A stretch of 64,000 bases of DNA, taken from positions 113,398,001 to 113,462,000 of the forward strand of contig OX597821.1 in NCBI GenBank assembly GCA_951406725.2. The letters are read 5' to 3'. Shown one piece after another: positions 51,497-64,000 of this stretch. The DNA comes from Octopus vulgaris. Its lineage: Eukaryota. Below the pieces are notes generated by a model. It searched no databases. It worked only from the letters and a program-made list of their open reading frames with translations, and was not told where the DNA came from. The position numbers and the translations under genes were made by a program. The stretch's first letter is position 1; every line of letters begins with the position of its first letter.

Positions 51497-51790
51497 ATCA
51501 TCATCATCATCATTGTTCAACCGTGGTCAAGACAATGGAATTTACTATGTTACGCCAGACCTCGTGGTCCATCATAGCATTACGGAGGTCCTGTTGCTGG
51601 ATGCCTGTATCCCTGGAGATTACATCAGGGTAGGAGAGTGTACACCCTCTGGTATCGCGAGTAGATGGCTTCCAGAGGAGAAGAGTAGAAATTACCTCGT
51701 TTTCAGCTCTATAACAATGTCCAGCAAACTGGACTCTTCTACCTTTCACAAGAGATGATAGAGGTGGTAATTTCCCATATATTTGTACTT
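51497..51790 (-). mobile_element. RTE-clade LINE 3' fragment with (TGA)n tail
   Basis: ORF RRVQFAGHCYR..E..S.LLLWKP..RG...YPDVISRDTG...AMMDHEVWR followed by (gat)n. Confidence 0.85.
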
Positions 51791-54700
51791 CACATGTGGA
51801 CGCATGGTACTTAAAAGTGCTAATGTTTATATCGTTGGAAAAGAAGCATTATGTACAACAGATGCTGGAACTGCCTGGTCATGTGATTTTGACCTCCCTG
51901 GCCTCTTTCATGGCAAACATCCTGTAAATGATTCACACTGCCAACAATATATAGAATTTCATTACCTTTTCAGGCACTGATGCTGCAAATAGCTTATTAA
52001 AAAATAATTAATAACAATAGAAGCATTATTGATACCAAAAGACAAGGTATATATTCAACAGCGCCAAATCCTGCATTATTTACCATGAGCAGACCTCTCA
52101 TATGGATTCATGGTGCATAAAAGCATTCATATTTATATTGTTAGCAGCATTCGTGGGTGGTGGTGGTGGTGGTGAGCTCATCACTCCATTGTATTCTGGA
52201 ATAAGTCAGAATATTCGACTTGCCTCTGTCATTCTTTTCTACTCTAGGCACAAGGCCCAAAATTTTGGGGGAACAGGGGACAGTCGATTAGATTGACCCA
52301 GTATGCAACTGGTACTTACTTTATCGGCCCCGAAAGGATGAAAGCAAAGTCGACCTCAGTGGAATTTGAACTCAGAATGTAAAGACAGACGAATTACCGC
52401 TAAGCATTTCGCCTGCTGTGCTAACGTTTCTGCCAGCTTGCCACCTTCTTGCCTCTGTCATTCAAACAAAATGAGTATTTGAGTGATCAGTTGTTTTGTA
52501 CTCAGTGAGCCCTAATTGAGTACTTGGTCCTGTTATACCTCCTAATTTAAAATGATCTAAATTAAAATCTTCCATCAACATTTCATATCAATTTGTTTCA
52601 AGCAGCAGCTTAAATAATGAGTTGTTACTTAATCCTTCATTATTTTTTAAATTATTGAAACAAAGGAATATGGTAACAAAAGAGTTAAAGTGATCTAAAT
52701 TAAGACTTTTTTCAAAATTTAATGTTAATTTATGTTTCTAATATCAATTTAATAATGACAAATTCATTTTATTAAATTCTTCATTATTTTCAAAACGAAG
52801 TGAAACAAAAGCAACAATAATTTCAATATGCTGTTTATTGCCCCATTTCAACAGAAAAATGGTAACAAAAGGGCTAAATGCCCTGTTCATTGAATGTGTT
52901 AACATGCGCTAAAATATCTAATTATTAGTTGAATGAGTGCTAACATACGTAGCATAATGAATAAAAATTTTCAGCTAATTAAAGTTACTGCTGTAATGAG
53001 GAGAAGGAATCCTAACCTACAATGGTTAATGCTAGTGAAATTAGTCAAGACAAAGGAAAGACAACTCTGGAATTATAATTGATGAGAATTAGAATTATGC
53101 ATGCTGTGAGATAAAAGCATTTATTTCAAGGATTAATTTTGATTAAATCATGTTTGTAGTTGGTTTGAGAAAGACAAAACATGAAAGGCTCACCTCAACA
53201 ATTTCATACAAAAGCCTGAATTTACAAAACCATGTTTGTTTTATTCCGAAAATAAATCTCATTAAGTTATCAGTTGTTTTATTCATTTGTTATTATGTCT
53301 GTTTTTCCAAGCTGGCATGGGTTAGAATATATATTTTCTTTATTGTCCACAAGGGGCTAAACATGGAGGGGACAAACAAGGACAGACAAACAGATTAAGT
53401 CGATTACATTGACCTCAGTGCGTAACTGGTACTTAATTTATCGACTCCGAAAGGATGAAAGGCAAAGTCGACCTCGGCGGAATTTGAACTCAGAACGTAG
53501 CGGCGGACGAAATACCGCAAAGCATTTCGCCCGGCGTGCTAATGTTTCTGCCAGCTCACCGCCTTAGGATAAATTATCAAGACATTATTTTACAGGTGAA
53601 TGTCTTTACCTCTTTCTAACCCTTACCAGTTTTTCAAGTAAGGGATCTCGTATTCCACATGGCTTTGAAGGCATGAAACATGCAAATGATCTGCTGAGAA
53701 GTGATAACATTCCTACTTGTTGGCCATGACTTTTGCAGAAGAAAGTGCAAATGGTCTCACACACGGTTTTGTGTTCAGTCCTACTACATGGCCTCATGGG
53801 CGAGTGCCTTTTACTATAGACCCAGGCTGGCCAAAGCCTTGTCTGTTAGTGTCTCCTTGTGTATACAAACAGTGTCATTAATTTCCAATATTTTTCAAAA
53901 CCATTTCTGTCCATGGAGAAATTTTACCTTGCTTGGAAACAGGTGAGGGTTGGTGACAGGAAGGGCATCCGGTTGTAGAAAATCTGCCTTGACAAATTCT
54001 GTCCAACCCATGCATGCATGGAAAAGTAGATGTTAGAACAATGATACATACATTTACACTCACACACATACACATAATGATGGTTCTACTAGATCCCCCC
54101 ATGAGGCTTTGGTCAGCCCAAGGCTATACTGTGGGACAGAACCAAAAACCATGTAGTTGGGAGGGAAACAGTTAATTATACAGCCATACCTGAACCTCGG
54201 TTTCATTCTATTGTATTTTAACATATGCATTGTATGCAGACATTTTCAGTTATATTTATCTCCACTTAAAGGTGGATGTTGTGTTAGAACACAAAATACT
54301 GTGTCATTTACTTGGAGAGAACCTTTTATATGGACTTGTGGTGCATATATGCACTTGTGTTTATATTGCTAGCAGCAGATAATTGTCTGCCATTGCTGCT
54401 AGGACGACCAGACCAAGTGATTTCAGCCTTCTTTGACCTTGTCAATGGTTGGCACCCAAAAGCTAGAGATAGCAGCGATACCTCCATCAGCAATATACGG
54501 AGAATCTTATCAGGCTCTGGTGTCGCAAGTAGCCACTGGGATTATTAAATAATAATTAATAACAGCAGAAGCAGTATTAATATCAAAAGGTAACATTTAG
54601 TCCCACACACTCTCCACTTTTAGGTGCAGATAAATGTTACCTTTTGGTATTCTGTTTCTGTTGTTATTAATTATTGTCAATTATATTTCAAACTGGACAT

Positions 54701-55581
54701 GAATTAAAAATGTGTTCGTAATCTGTGTAAGCAGGTTATTTGTAGTGACACAGCACATAGGCTGTGATCGTTAGCGAATGATAAATAGTTACACTTTGTT
54801 ACTTAATGATGGTGTTCAGTTGATGAGAGTGAGTGAAGAAGATAGCAAAGAAGCTGTGACTATTATGGAATAAAATAATAGCTCTTTGTTATTTAAGACA
54901 GTGTTTAAGGTGATGAGAATGGGTGGTGGGAGGAGGCAGTCGAACTGAAATGAATGAGTAATTCTTGTGTGTTTCTGTAGTAGTGAAAACAATTAATCAA
55001 AGTCTGGTGGTCTTTTGATTAGTAACAATAGAAGTAGTTACTAAGACTACAGGTAGTTAGGACTTATATAATACCAATTGGGGTAGGCTGAGGGTGAAGG
55101 TCCAGCAGGTGACCTGACCTGACCTGACCTCATTTGGCCTGATTTCAGTTTAATGACTGAGGAACAGTTTCCTGTTTTGGGTGACGGTTCTTTAAACTCG
55201 CCAAATTGTTTGAAACGAAACATTGTAAAGTGAGAAGTGAAATAACGAGTTGTGAAGAAACCAGATGGAGATATGTTCTTAGGGTTAAAGTCTATTGTGT
55301 GTGCGTGTTTGATGGTTTGAAATAAATGGTGAACGAAGCATGAGAAACCAACTCAACTGGTTATTTAACACACGTCTCTCTAAGGAACTACTTTGTAGCT
55401 CTATCACGTTCCTTCCTAATTCTGGCCAGTTGCCATGGAACTGCTCTGCTGTCTTCTGTCTTGTCCATTTTAGAGGCTCTCATTTAATTTTATTTTTATT
55501 TATTTCTATATATTTATTGAATTATTTTCTTTCTTTTTATCCTGTTTTGGCAAGGTATATATCGTAACACGTTTATTGGCC

Positions 55582-55702
55582 ATGTTTTACAACTTAGTGT
55601 TCTACCTGGCTATGAAGCAATTCGGTCAACAATTTAAAAACCTATTTGTAGATAAAAACAAGAATTTTAGTAAATTGAAAAAATTTTTCAGATTACCTAG
55701 AG
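55582..55702 (+). CDS. OSBPL9: Candidate alternative first coding exon of OSBPL9 (MFYNLVFYLAMKQFGQQFKNLFVDKNKNFSKLKKFFRLPR)
   Basis: GCCATG start, 40 open codons plus 1 nt, donor AG|GTAAGA in exactly the phase needed to join exon 4. No homology support. Confidence 0.5.
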
Positions 55703-56028
55703 GTAAGAAAGAACAAAGTATATCATAAATCATATCTTGTATATTTTATGGTAGCATTATTATTATTATCATTATTATTATTATTATCATCATCATCATT
55801 ATTATTATTATTTTTTTTTTAAGATGGTGATCTGGCAAAATTGTTAGCATACCATACCAAATATTTAGTGGCATTTTTTCTGTCTTTATGTTCTGAGTTC
55901 AAATCCTGCCATGGTTGACTTTGCCTTTCGGGGTGGATGAAATAAGTATTAGTCATGTACTGGGGGACAATATAATAAATTTCCCCCTCACACAGAGTTT
56001 CAGGCCTTGTGCCCATGGTAGAAAGGAC

Positions 56029-56062
<34 letters not shown>

Positions 56063-57723
56063 GTTGCTGCTGCAAACTGACAGACTCCTCCGAATATACT
56101 TTGTCGGTTTTGTTTACGCTCTTTTCATTTTGGGTTCAAATCCTGCTGAGGTCTACTTTGCCTTTCATCTTTAGGGGTTTGATAAAATATAGTTCCAATC
56201 AAGTACCAGAACTGATGGTACTTGGCGGTCGACATAACTGACTGACCCCACCCCTCCTCGCTCACTAAAATTGCCTGCCTTGTGCAGAATTTGAAATAAT
56301 TGTTATTTTCATTACTGTTCTCAGTTTAATGTGTTTTCTCTGCTTAACAATGTAACTGTCATTTTTTTTTTAGTCTAAAGAATATCTAAATATGTATGTT
56401 TGATATCAGATTAAATGTGGCCTAATTTCGGCAGCACATATTCAAGGGGAAAAAATGGCTTTACTGCTTTAAAGCATGTAATATGTAATGTAGGCCAATT
56501 CTACATATAGGGGGCCCCAGAATGACTTTTAAACCCTTTTTGCTTTTGAAAGTGAATCTTATATACAAGAAAATATGATGTGTGTGTGTATGTTTATATA
56601 TACATGAATATATGTGTGTGTGAGTGTATATATACATAAATACACACACACACACACATACATATAGTTGCAAGTGTGGCTGTGTGGTAAGAAGCTTGCT
56701 TCCCAACCACACGGTTCTGGGTTCAGTCCTACTGCATGGCAATTTGGGCAAGTGACTTCTATAGCCTTGGGCTGACCAAAGCCTTGCAAGTGGATTTAGA
56801 TAGAAATTGAAAGAAGCCCCCCCCCCCCACACACACACACACATATACACTCACGTGTGTGTATCATTGTTCTGTTTGTCCCCCACCACCACTTTACAAC
56901 CAGTGTTGGTGTGTTTGCATCCCTGTAACTTAGAAGTTTGGCAGGAGAGACCAACAGAATATGTACCGGACTTTAAGAAAAGAAGACAGTTTCGGGATTG
57001 ATCGATTCAACTAAAAGTTCTTCGATGCATGCCCCAGCATGGCCGCAGTCTAATGACTTCAAGTAAAAGATAAAATATATCTAAATATATATGCACACAC
57101 ACACAGCTATGTGTTTTGTTTCATAAAGTACAGAAAGTAGCCAGTTTTAGAAAGTCTCTTTTCGCTGTTGTTTATTTTTAATTAATTTTTAAAAATTATT
57201 ATTTGGTACTGTTCTATGCATTAAACTCTCTCTCGTTCTCTCTCTCTCTCCTTCTAAATAACCATCAACCACCAGTAGTTTATCAAATTTATCAGTGCTG
57301 TTTATGATAAAACATTCTCCCACCCCGACCCTTCTAAAACACAACACTGTTTGTTTACTCTTGTGACAGAAGCTTGGCTCTTTCTTCTGATGTAATCTGA
57401 GAGATACCATACTGGAATCTTAGTGCCCACCATATCAACTATGGTTAAACTGAATTTCAGCAAGAGAGAGAGAGAGAAGGAGAGAGGCAGAGGGAACGGA
57501 CTGCAGTCATCGTTGTCATCGTCAGTGGTGGCGGTGGCGGTGATTGTGGTGGTGGAGTTGAACAACTTTCCACTCCTCTAGTTTTCCTTCTTCAGCCACC
57601 ACAGACCACTCTTATCCTTCGGGTACCTTCTATGTTGTCCTATTGATTTTAGTTATACATACACACTATTTTTTTTTTTTTTATTACTCTCTTTCTCTCT
57701 CTCCTCATCTCATTTTTTTACAG

Positions 57724-57800
57724 CTCGAGATGCAGATGAAAGAGAGAAGTGGATTAAATCTCTTGAAAATACAATATTGCGGCACACACATTTTGTTAAG
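57724..57800 (+). CDS. OSBPL9: OSBPL9 exon 4, PH C-terminal helix ([26 protein letters not shown]); gene continues beyond the window
   Basis: Long pyrimidine tract then acAG, donor GTAAGA, 77 nt (phase 1 to 0). Matches [21 protein letters not shown]. Confidence 0.95.
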
Positions 57801-58146
57801 GTAAGAAGATTTGTTAATAATAATAATAATTATTATAATTATAATTTTGTTAGCTATTGTTTACTGCTGTTTAACTGTCCAGTTGTTTCGGGTTTAATAT
57901 ATATACATATATACACACTTATCCACATTAAGTTCTTATTATTTCACTGTTCCCATCAAGAGACAGACAGACAGAGAAAGAATGGAAGACAGAAAGAGAG
58001 AGATAGAAAGAGACAGAGAAAGAGAGAGCGTATTTTGTGATAGTAATGTTGTCATATATAAGAATTCTGTTCTGATAATAATCTGTCCTTTTAATTCCTT
58101 CTCATCCGCTTCTCAGTCTGCGAGAAGTTGGTAGGAACATTTTCTC

Positions 58147-58178
<32 letters not shown>

Positions 58179-58571
58179 TGCGCCACGTATGAGTTTCCTC
58201 CTTTTCTCTTCTCTCTTCCAGCAGACTTTCTTACTTTCCATTCCTAATTCTTTACTGTTTCTTCAGTAGCTTGTTCTGTTTTGTTTTGTTTTTTGTTCCA
58301 TTTTTTTTTTATCAGTTCAGTTAGTCTTCCAGATGTACGTATATTTAGAGGCTTGCATCTCATTATCTGTGTTTTTCTGCCTGTATACATGTGTGTGTGT
58401 GTGTATGCACACACACAGACACACACACATATGCATATTATATGCTTATCTGTATGTATATTTCTGTGTGTGTGCATGTGTATATGGTAAGCATAATCCT
58501 TTTTGTTGGATCTGCACTGGTCTGGTTAAAATAAAACACTTTATCGGTTTCTGTTAAGAAGTGTGTGTGTG

Positions 58572-58602
<31 letters not shown>

Positions 58603-58686
58603 AGCATATATGCCACACAACCTCTCATTATTTAATAGTTTTCTGTATAAGCTCTTGTATCACCAACTACCTGTCTCTTCAGGCAA

Positions 58687-58731
<45 letters not shown>

Positions 58732-59285
58732 TACTAACTGCTGACAAAAAGCTTTCATTAATGCTATCTACACTGCATAAATTGTATTTGTGTAGAAGGA
58801 AATAAAAATAACATTTTTCTAGTGGAGGTTTTTTTTTTTCTTTGCTGTTTTATTAATAGTAACAAAAAACAGACTATAGAAAATATTTGAAATGTGAGGG
58901 CATTGAATCTTTCTGAGTTTTTATTATTATTTTATTTTGTGGCGGTATGGTTAAGAAGCTCTCTTTGCAACCACGTGGTTTTGAGTTCAATCCCATTGTA
59001 CATAATATCCCTGGCCAACCAATGTCTTATGAATGAATTTAGGAGATAGAAACTGTGTGGAAGTTTGTCTCATAATTTACAGGTCATTGAACAATTGATG
59101 GTTTCTAGATGGTCTAATTTTTGCTGATATAAGCATTACCACAGATAGAAATGGGGTGGGAGTGTACGTGGGGGATATTTATATGTGTAAAATATGCTAC
59201 ATGTTGGCCAATATGCAAAGGAAACAAATAATGGTCCATGACAAAAATATTACCATTCATTCTTAGTTTTGATTTACACCTACAG

Positions 59286-59312
59286 CATCCCAGAAGACGG
59301 AGCGCTTTAAAA
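59286..59312 (+). CDS. OSBPL9: Candidate 27-nt OSBPL9 microexon (HPRRRSALK)
   Basis: cctacAG acceptor, GTAATT donor, phase 0-0, open and in frame after exon 4. Confidence 0.35.
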
Positions 59313-59611
59313 GTAATTTGAATACAAAATATTTGATGGATTATGGTTAATTGCAGAATGAAAATTAAAGTTTGTACATTAACTGTTTTTATAAATGGAT
59401 GTTTACTTCAAAACAAAGAAAAAAGGATCTGTTGGTGAACCCTCTCAATACCAATCCTCCCCGATTCACTCCTGGTTCTAGGGTACAAAACTTCCTTTCA
59501 GAATTCCCTGTTAATCTGTGTTCCAAAGACCAGCTTAATAATGACTAAGTTATTTTACTGAGTATTATTTTTTAATATTAACAGAAACTAAATTGGTGTA
59601 TTTTAGCAGAA

Positions 59612-59865
59612 ATCATCACAGTCATCACAGTCATCATCGTTCAACATCGTCATCACCATCACCATCATCATCATTATGGTTGTCATTGTCACGGTCGTCA
59701 TCATCACGGTCATTATCATCATCTTTATTAACATCTTCATCGTCATTAACATCTTCATAGTCCAACCCATGCTAGCATGGAAGCGGACGTTAAACGACGA
59801 TGATGATGATCGTCATTAACATCATCGTCATTAACATCGTCATCACCATCAACATCACCATCATT
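59612..59865. repeat. Degenerate (ATC)n tract with an embedded family C SINE tail
   Basis: Direct reading; gtccaacccatgctagcatggaagcggacgttaaac at about 59760-59795. Confidence 0.85.
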
Positions 59866-62703
59866 TAATATCAGTTTTCCATGCTTGATACGAGTGGAAT
59901 GGTACAGAAAAGTTAAAGCAGCCTAAATTAAAACCTTCCTCCAAAATTAATGAAGACAAACGCAGTGTATTTAAACAGAAATATGGTAAAAAAAAAAAAG
60001 AGTTAAGCAAGAAAACTATTTTATCTATTAATGTTCATATACGTAAATTTACTCCAACAACAGACAAGAAGTTTGCTTGGCCAGAAGATGGATGTAAAAC
60101 AGAGCCTCCAGTAAATCTTCGTAATGAAAAGCACTTGAAATAACGGATGTTGCTGCCATAAGGTAGATGATATGTGGAGGAAATGAAAAAAACAGCAATT
60201 AGGTCACTAATTATCTACATTGTCTATAGCTGTTCACTAATTAAGCTGCTTCTCGATTTTTTGTTTCTTTAACCCTTTTGTTACCATATATCTTTTGAAA
60301 TACATTGTCTTTGTTACAGTAAATTTTGAAAATAATGACAGATTTAGTAAGTTGATTTTTACCATTTTAAATTGGTGTTTGGAATGTAAACTAACAGGAA
60401 ATCGCCTTAACTCTTTTGTTATTACATTTTTGTTGAAATACACTCCTGTTGTTTCCATAAGTTTTTTCAAACTTTGGGCCTCATGGAGGCAATGACAAAT
60501 GACTGAGATATATGGAGATATGCTGTGCTTGAGAAGACCTGGCAAGCCAAGTGAGACCGTAACTGTGGCCTATGCCAGTGCAGCATAACCGGCCCATTTA
60601 AGAGTACCCTTCAATCATTGGGCAATAAACTGCATTTGCGAAGACTTGTTGAGCCAAGTGAAGTCATTGTTGTGATCAATCCAAGTACCGCCTGATTGGT
60701 ACCCGTGCCAGTGACACATGAGAAGCACCATTCGAGCATGGTTGATGCCAGTGCTGCCTAACTGGTCCCATACTGGTGGCACATAGAAAGCACCATTCAA
60801 ATGTGATTGTTGCTAGTGATGGTGGCACATAAAAAGCACCATTTGAGCGTGGTCGTTGCCAGTGCCACCTGACTGGCCTTCATGCTGGTGGCATGTAAAA
60901 AACACCCACTACATTCTTGGAGTGGTTGGCATTAGGAAGGGCATCCAACTGTAAAAACCTTGCCAGATCAGATTAAAGCCTGGTGCAGCCTTCTGGCTTG
61001 TCACCCCTCAGTCAAACCATCCAACCCATTCCAGCATGGAAAGCAGACGTTAAACGACGACAATGATGGTGATGATAATGAATGAAGAATTTAGTAAAAT
61101 AACTTTGATATTATTAAGGTGGTATTTAAGGTGGTGCTGCTGGTAGGATCGTTAGGGTGCTAGGCAAAATGCTTTGTGGTATTTCATCTGGCTTTACATT
61201 CTCAGTTCAAATTCTGCTGAGGTCAACTTTACCTTTCAGCTTTATGGGGTCAATAAAATAAGTAACCGATTGAGTTCTGGGGTCAATGTAATTGACAACC
61301 CCTCTCCCCTGAAATTGCTGGCCTTGTGCCAAAATTTGAAACCCGTTATTACTGCAAGGTGGCAAGCTGGCAGATTCATTAGCACATTGGGCAAAATGCT
61401 TTGCAGCATTGTTTCCGCCTTTACATTCCAAGTTCAAATCCCACTGAGGTCAACTTTGCCTTTGATCCTTTCATGGTTGATAAAATAGGTACCAGTTGTG
61501 CACTGGGGTCAATGTAATCAACGTACCCACTCTCTTGAAATTGCTGGCCTTGTGCCAAAATTTGAAACTATTATTATTATTATTAAGCTGGTGTTTGAAA
61601 CAGAAGTTAGCCTGAAACTGTGATGGGAGGTTTTAATTTAGATTACATTAAAACAAGGAGTTTGAATAATAGAACTGGGGGCAATCTGAACCAGGTTGTT
61701 ATCAAAAGGGTTAATGTGTACATGGCAGTCTTTCAAGGGGATGGTGGAATCGCAAAGGAAATTAATTTCTTGGAGAGCCTAATTAACAGACCAGTTCCTT
61801 CTACCACCAATACCACTGCTACCACCATCTCCATAATAGAGCTGTCATGGTATTAAGGGTTCTTTGGATTCTTCAGATCAGCAGATGTAGTGTTTCCTTC
61901 CAAATGAAATAACAGGTGAATTTAAGAAAGGATGCTATATTTAAACAGGATGTAGATCAGTGATGAAAGCTGGTGATGAGTAAAAAACCTGTTTTTGTAA
62001 ACTGCAGGCTGCAGTACATTGGACTAATGGACTAATGGTACAGCGTTGGAATAGCACAAGTTGAGAAATATTTTCCTCTTGTTTTTTTTTTCTCTTTTTT
62101 TTTTCATGTCTCATAGTATGTTGAAGAATTGTTGAAAGAAACAAAGCTTCCCTACCATATAGATCTGGGTTCAGTCCCACTGCGGGGCACTTTGGGCAAA
62201 TGTCTTCTGCTACTGCCCTGGGTTGACCAAAGCCTTCTGAGTGGATTTGACAGGTGGAAACTGAAAGAAGCCTGTCGCATGCATGTGTATATGTTATGTG
62301 TGTGTGTATGTATGTGTGTATGTGATGTGTATGTATGTGTGTATGTGTTGTGTGTATATGTATATGTGTACATGTGTGTGTATATGTATGTGTGTGTATC
62401 TGTGTGCATGTCTTCGTGTTTGCCTCGTCCTCACCCGTCTCACTACTAGTATTGGTTTGTATATGTCCCTATAACTTAGTAGTTCGGCAAAAGTTACCAA
62501 TGAAGTAAGTACCAGGCTTGGTTTCTGCAAAAGGTTCCTAGGGGGTCTGTGAGAAAGAGTGAGATAAGCCAATGCTAATTTCATGATTGTAATATTACCA
62601 TACATGCACAACATGTTATTGGTTATTGTAATATAGACATCATCCTATCTAACCTATTATGTTATCAAAAAAATATAACAACCATACATATATATGTGTG
62701 TAT

Positions 62704-62763
<60 letters not shown>

Positions 62764-63371
62764 ATGTGAACTATGATGAAAAAACTGAGTATGATGTGGT
62801 CTATAATTTCAGAGGTTCCTTGAGACGTGTAATTTATTTTAAGGGTTAAGCAAAGGGTAAAAAGGTTGAGAAACACTGCTTTAAAAAGGATAAGTACTTG
62901 GGTAAAACCCTTCAAGGGGTGCCCCAGGATGGCCTCAGTCGAATGACTGAAACAAGTCGAAAAAATTCGGATGAAATAAAAATGCCGACTTGTGAGAGGA
63001 AATGTTCTCTCTGTGCACTAATTAAGATTGCAGTGGAGTTGGTGTTTCATGAAATATTTATTGTTTCTTCGAGTGATATCAGAATAAAGACACAAGCAGC
63101 TGCTGGTGAGATTTGCATTGAAAGAGCGCAGATTTAACTGTATAATATTCTTTGACTGGTTTCAGTCATTGGACTGCAGCCATGCTGGAGCACCACCTTT
63201 AGCCGAACAAATAAACGCCACAACTACTTCTTTGTAAACCTAGTACTTTGTCAGTTTCTTTTGCTGAACTGCTAAGTTACGGGGGACGTAAACACACCAA
63301 CATCACTTGTCAAGCAATGGTGGGGAGACAAACACAGACATACACACACACATATCTTTCTCTCTCTCTCT

Positions 63372-63435
<64 letters not shown>

Positions 63436-63862
63436 ATGTATATGCTAGCATGGAAAGCGGACGCTAAATGATGTTGATGATATATATACACAAACATACA
63501 GTTCTATTATTTACAGAGGAATCATGTACATTATTTACATTTGATGGATATTTGTCCTCATCTTGTTTGTTGTTAACATATTTCAGCTGATATACCCTCA
63601 CTTCATGTTGTTATTATTATTATTATTATTATTATCATTTAGGTGTGTAAAAAGATTCGAGCAAGGTCATTACCAGTACTGCCTGACTGGCCCTTGTGTT
63701 GGTGGCACGTAAAAAGCACCCACTACACTCTCGGAGTGGTTGGCGTTAGGAAGGGCATCCAGCTGTAGAAACTCTGCCAAATCAAGATTGGAGCCTGGTG
63801 CAGCCATCTGGTTCGCCAGCCCTCAGTCAAAATCGTCCAAGCGGACGTTAATGATGATAATG

Positions 63863-63936
63863 AGGTCACTGCCAGGAATTGAACTCGGAAACTTGGGGTT
63901 AGTAGCCTGCGCTCTTAACCACTATACCATATGCCT
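63863..63936 (-). mobile_element. tRNA-like head of an interspersed element
   Basis: A-box tggtatagtggttaag and B-box gagttcaattcc; stems too mismatched for a functional tRNA. Confidence 0.6.
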
Positions 63937-64000
63937 GTGGGCGATTATAGAGTGAATTTTCGGGCTTATAAATCTAATATTTTCCTATCCTACCAGGCAG

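Noticed and set aside
58201-58270. Strong pyrimidine tract with CAGCAG acceptor after OSBPL9 exon 4
   Set aside because: No good donor and no recognisable coding signal downstream.

Overview
AT-rich, repeat-dense eukaryotic genomic DNA. The SINE/MITE content and long (CA)n/(TA)n tracts suggest an octopus genome; this is recognition from memory, not a database result. Two spliced genes lie head-to-head, with start codons 236 bp apart. On the minus strand is a DEPDC1-family gene (DEP domain plus RhoGAP-like domain): 7 coding exons from 20922 to 1817, all GT-AG and phase-compatible, continuing off the left edge. On the plus strand is OSBPL9/ORP9: 4 exons from 21159 to 57800 encoding the PH domain, with a 25.6-kb first intron, continuing off the right edge. 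Introns are filled with tRNA-headed SINEs, RTE-related SINEs, LINE 3' fragments, mariner/hAT/piggyBac-type MITEs and microsatellites. Main leads: (1) two apparently intact minimal type I hammerhead ribozymes of Penelope-like type, each in its host's sense strand and preceded by an inverted copy that would lock it, plus several decayed relatives; (2) a vertebrate-style G2/M promoter (CDE-4nt-CHR, CCAAT boxes 32 bp apart) in the shared promoter and a second CDE/CHR between two perfect palindromes in DEPDC1 intron 1; (3) a candidate alternative first coding exon giving a PH-less ORP9 with a basic amphipathic leader; (4) a genomic AGA at a conserved PH-domain glycine, a candidate A-to-I recoding site. 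Exon coordinates were hand-counted to the base; repeat boundaries are approximate (about +/-10-20 bp).
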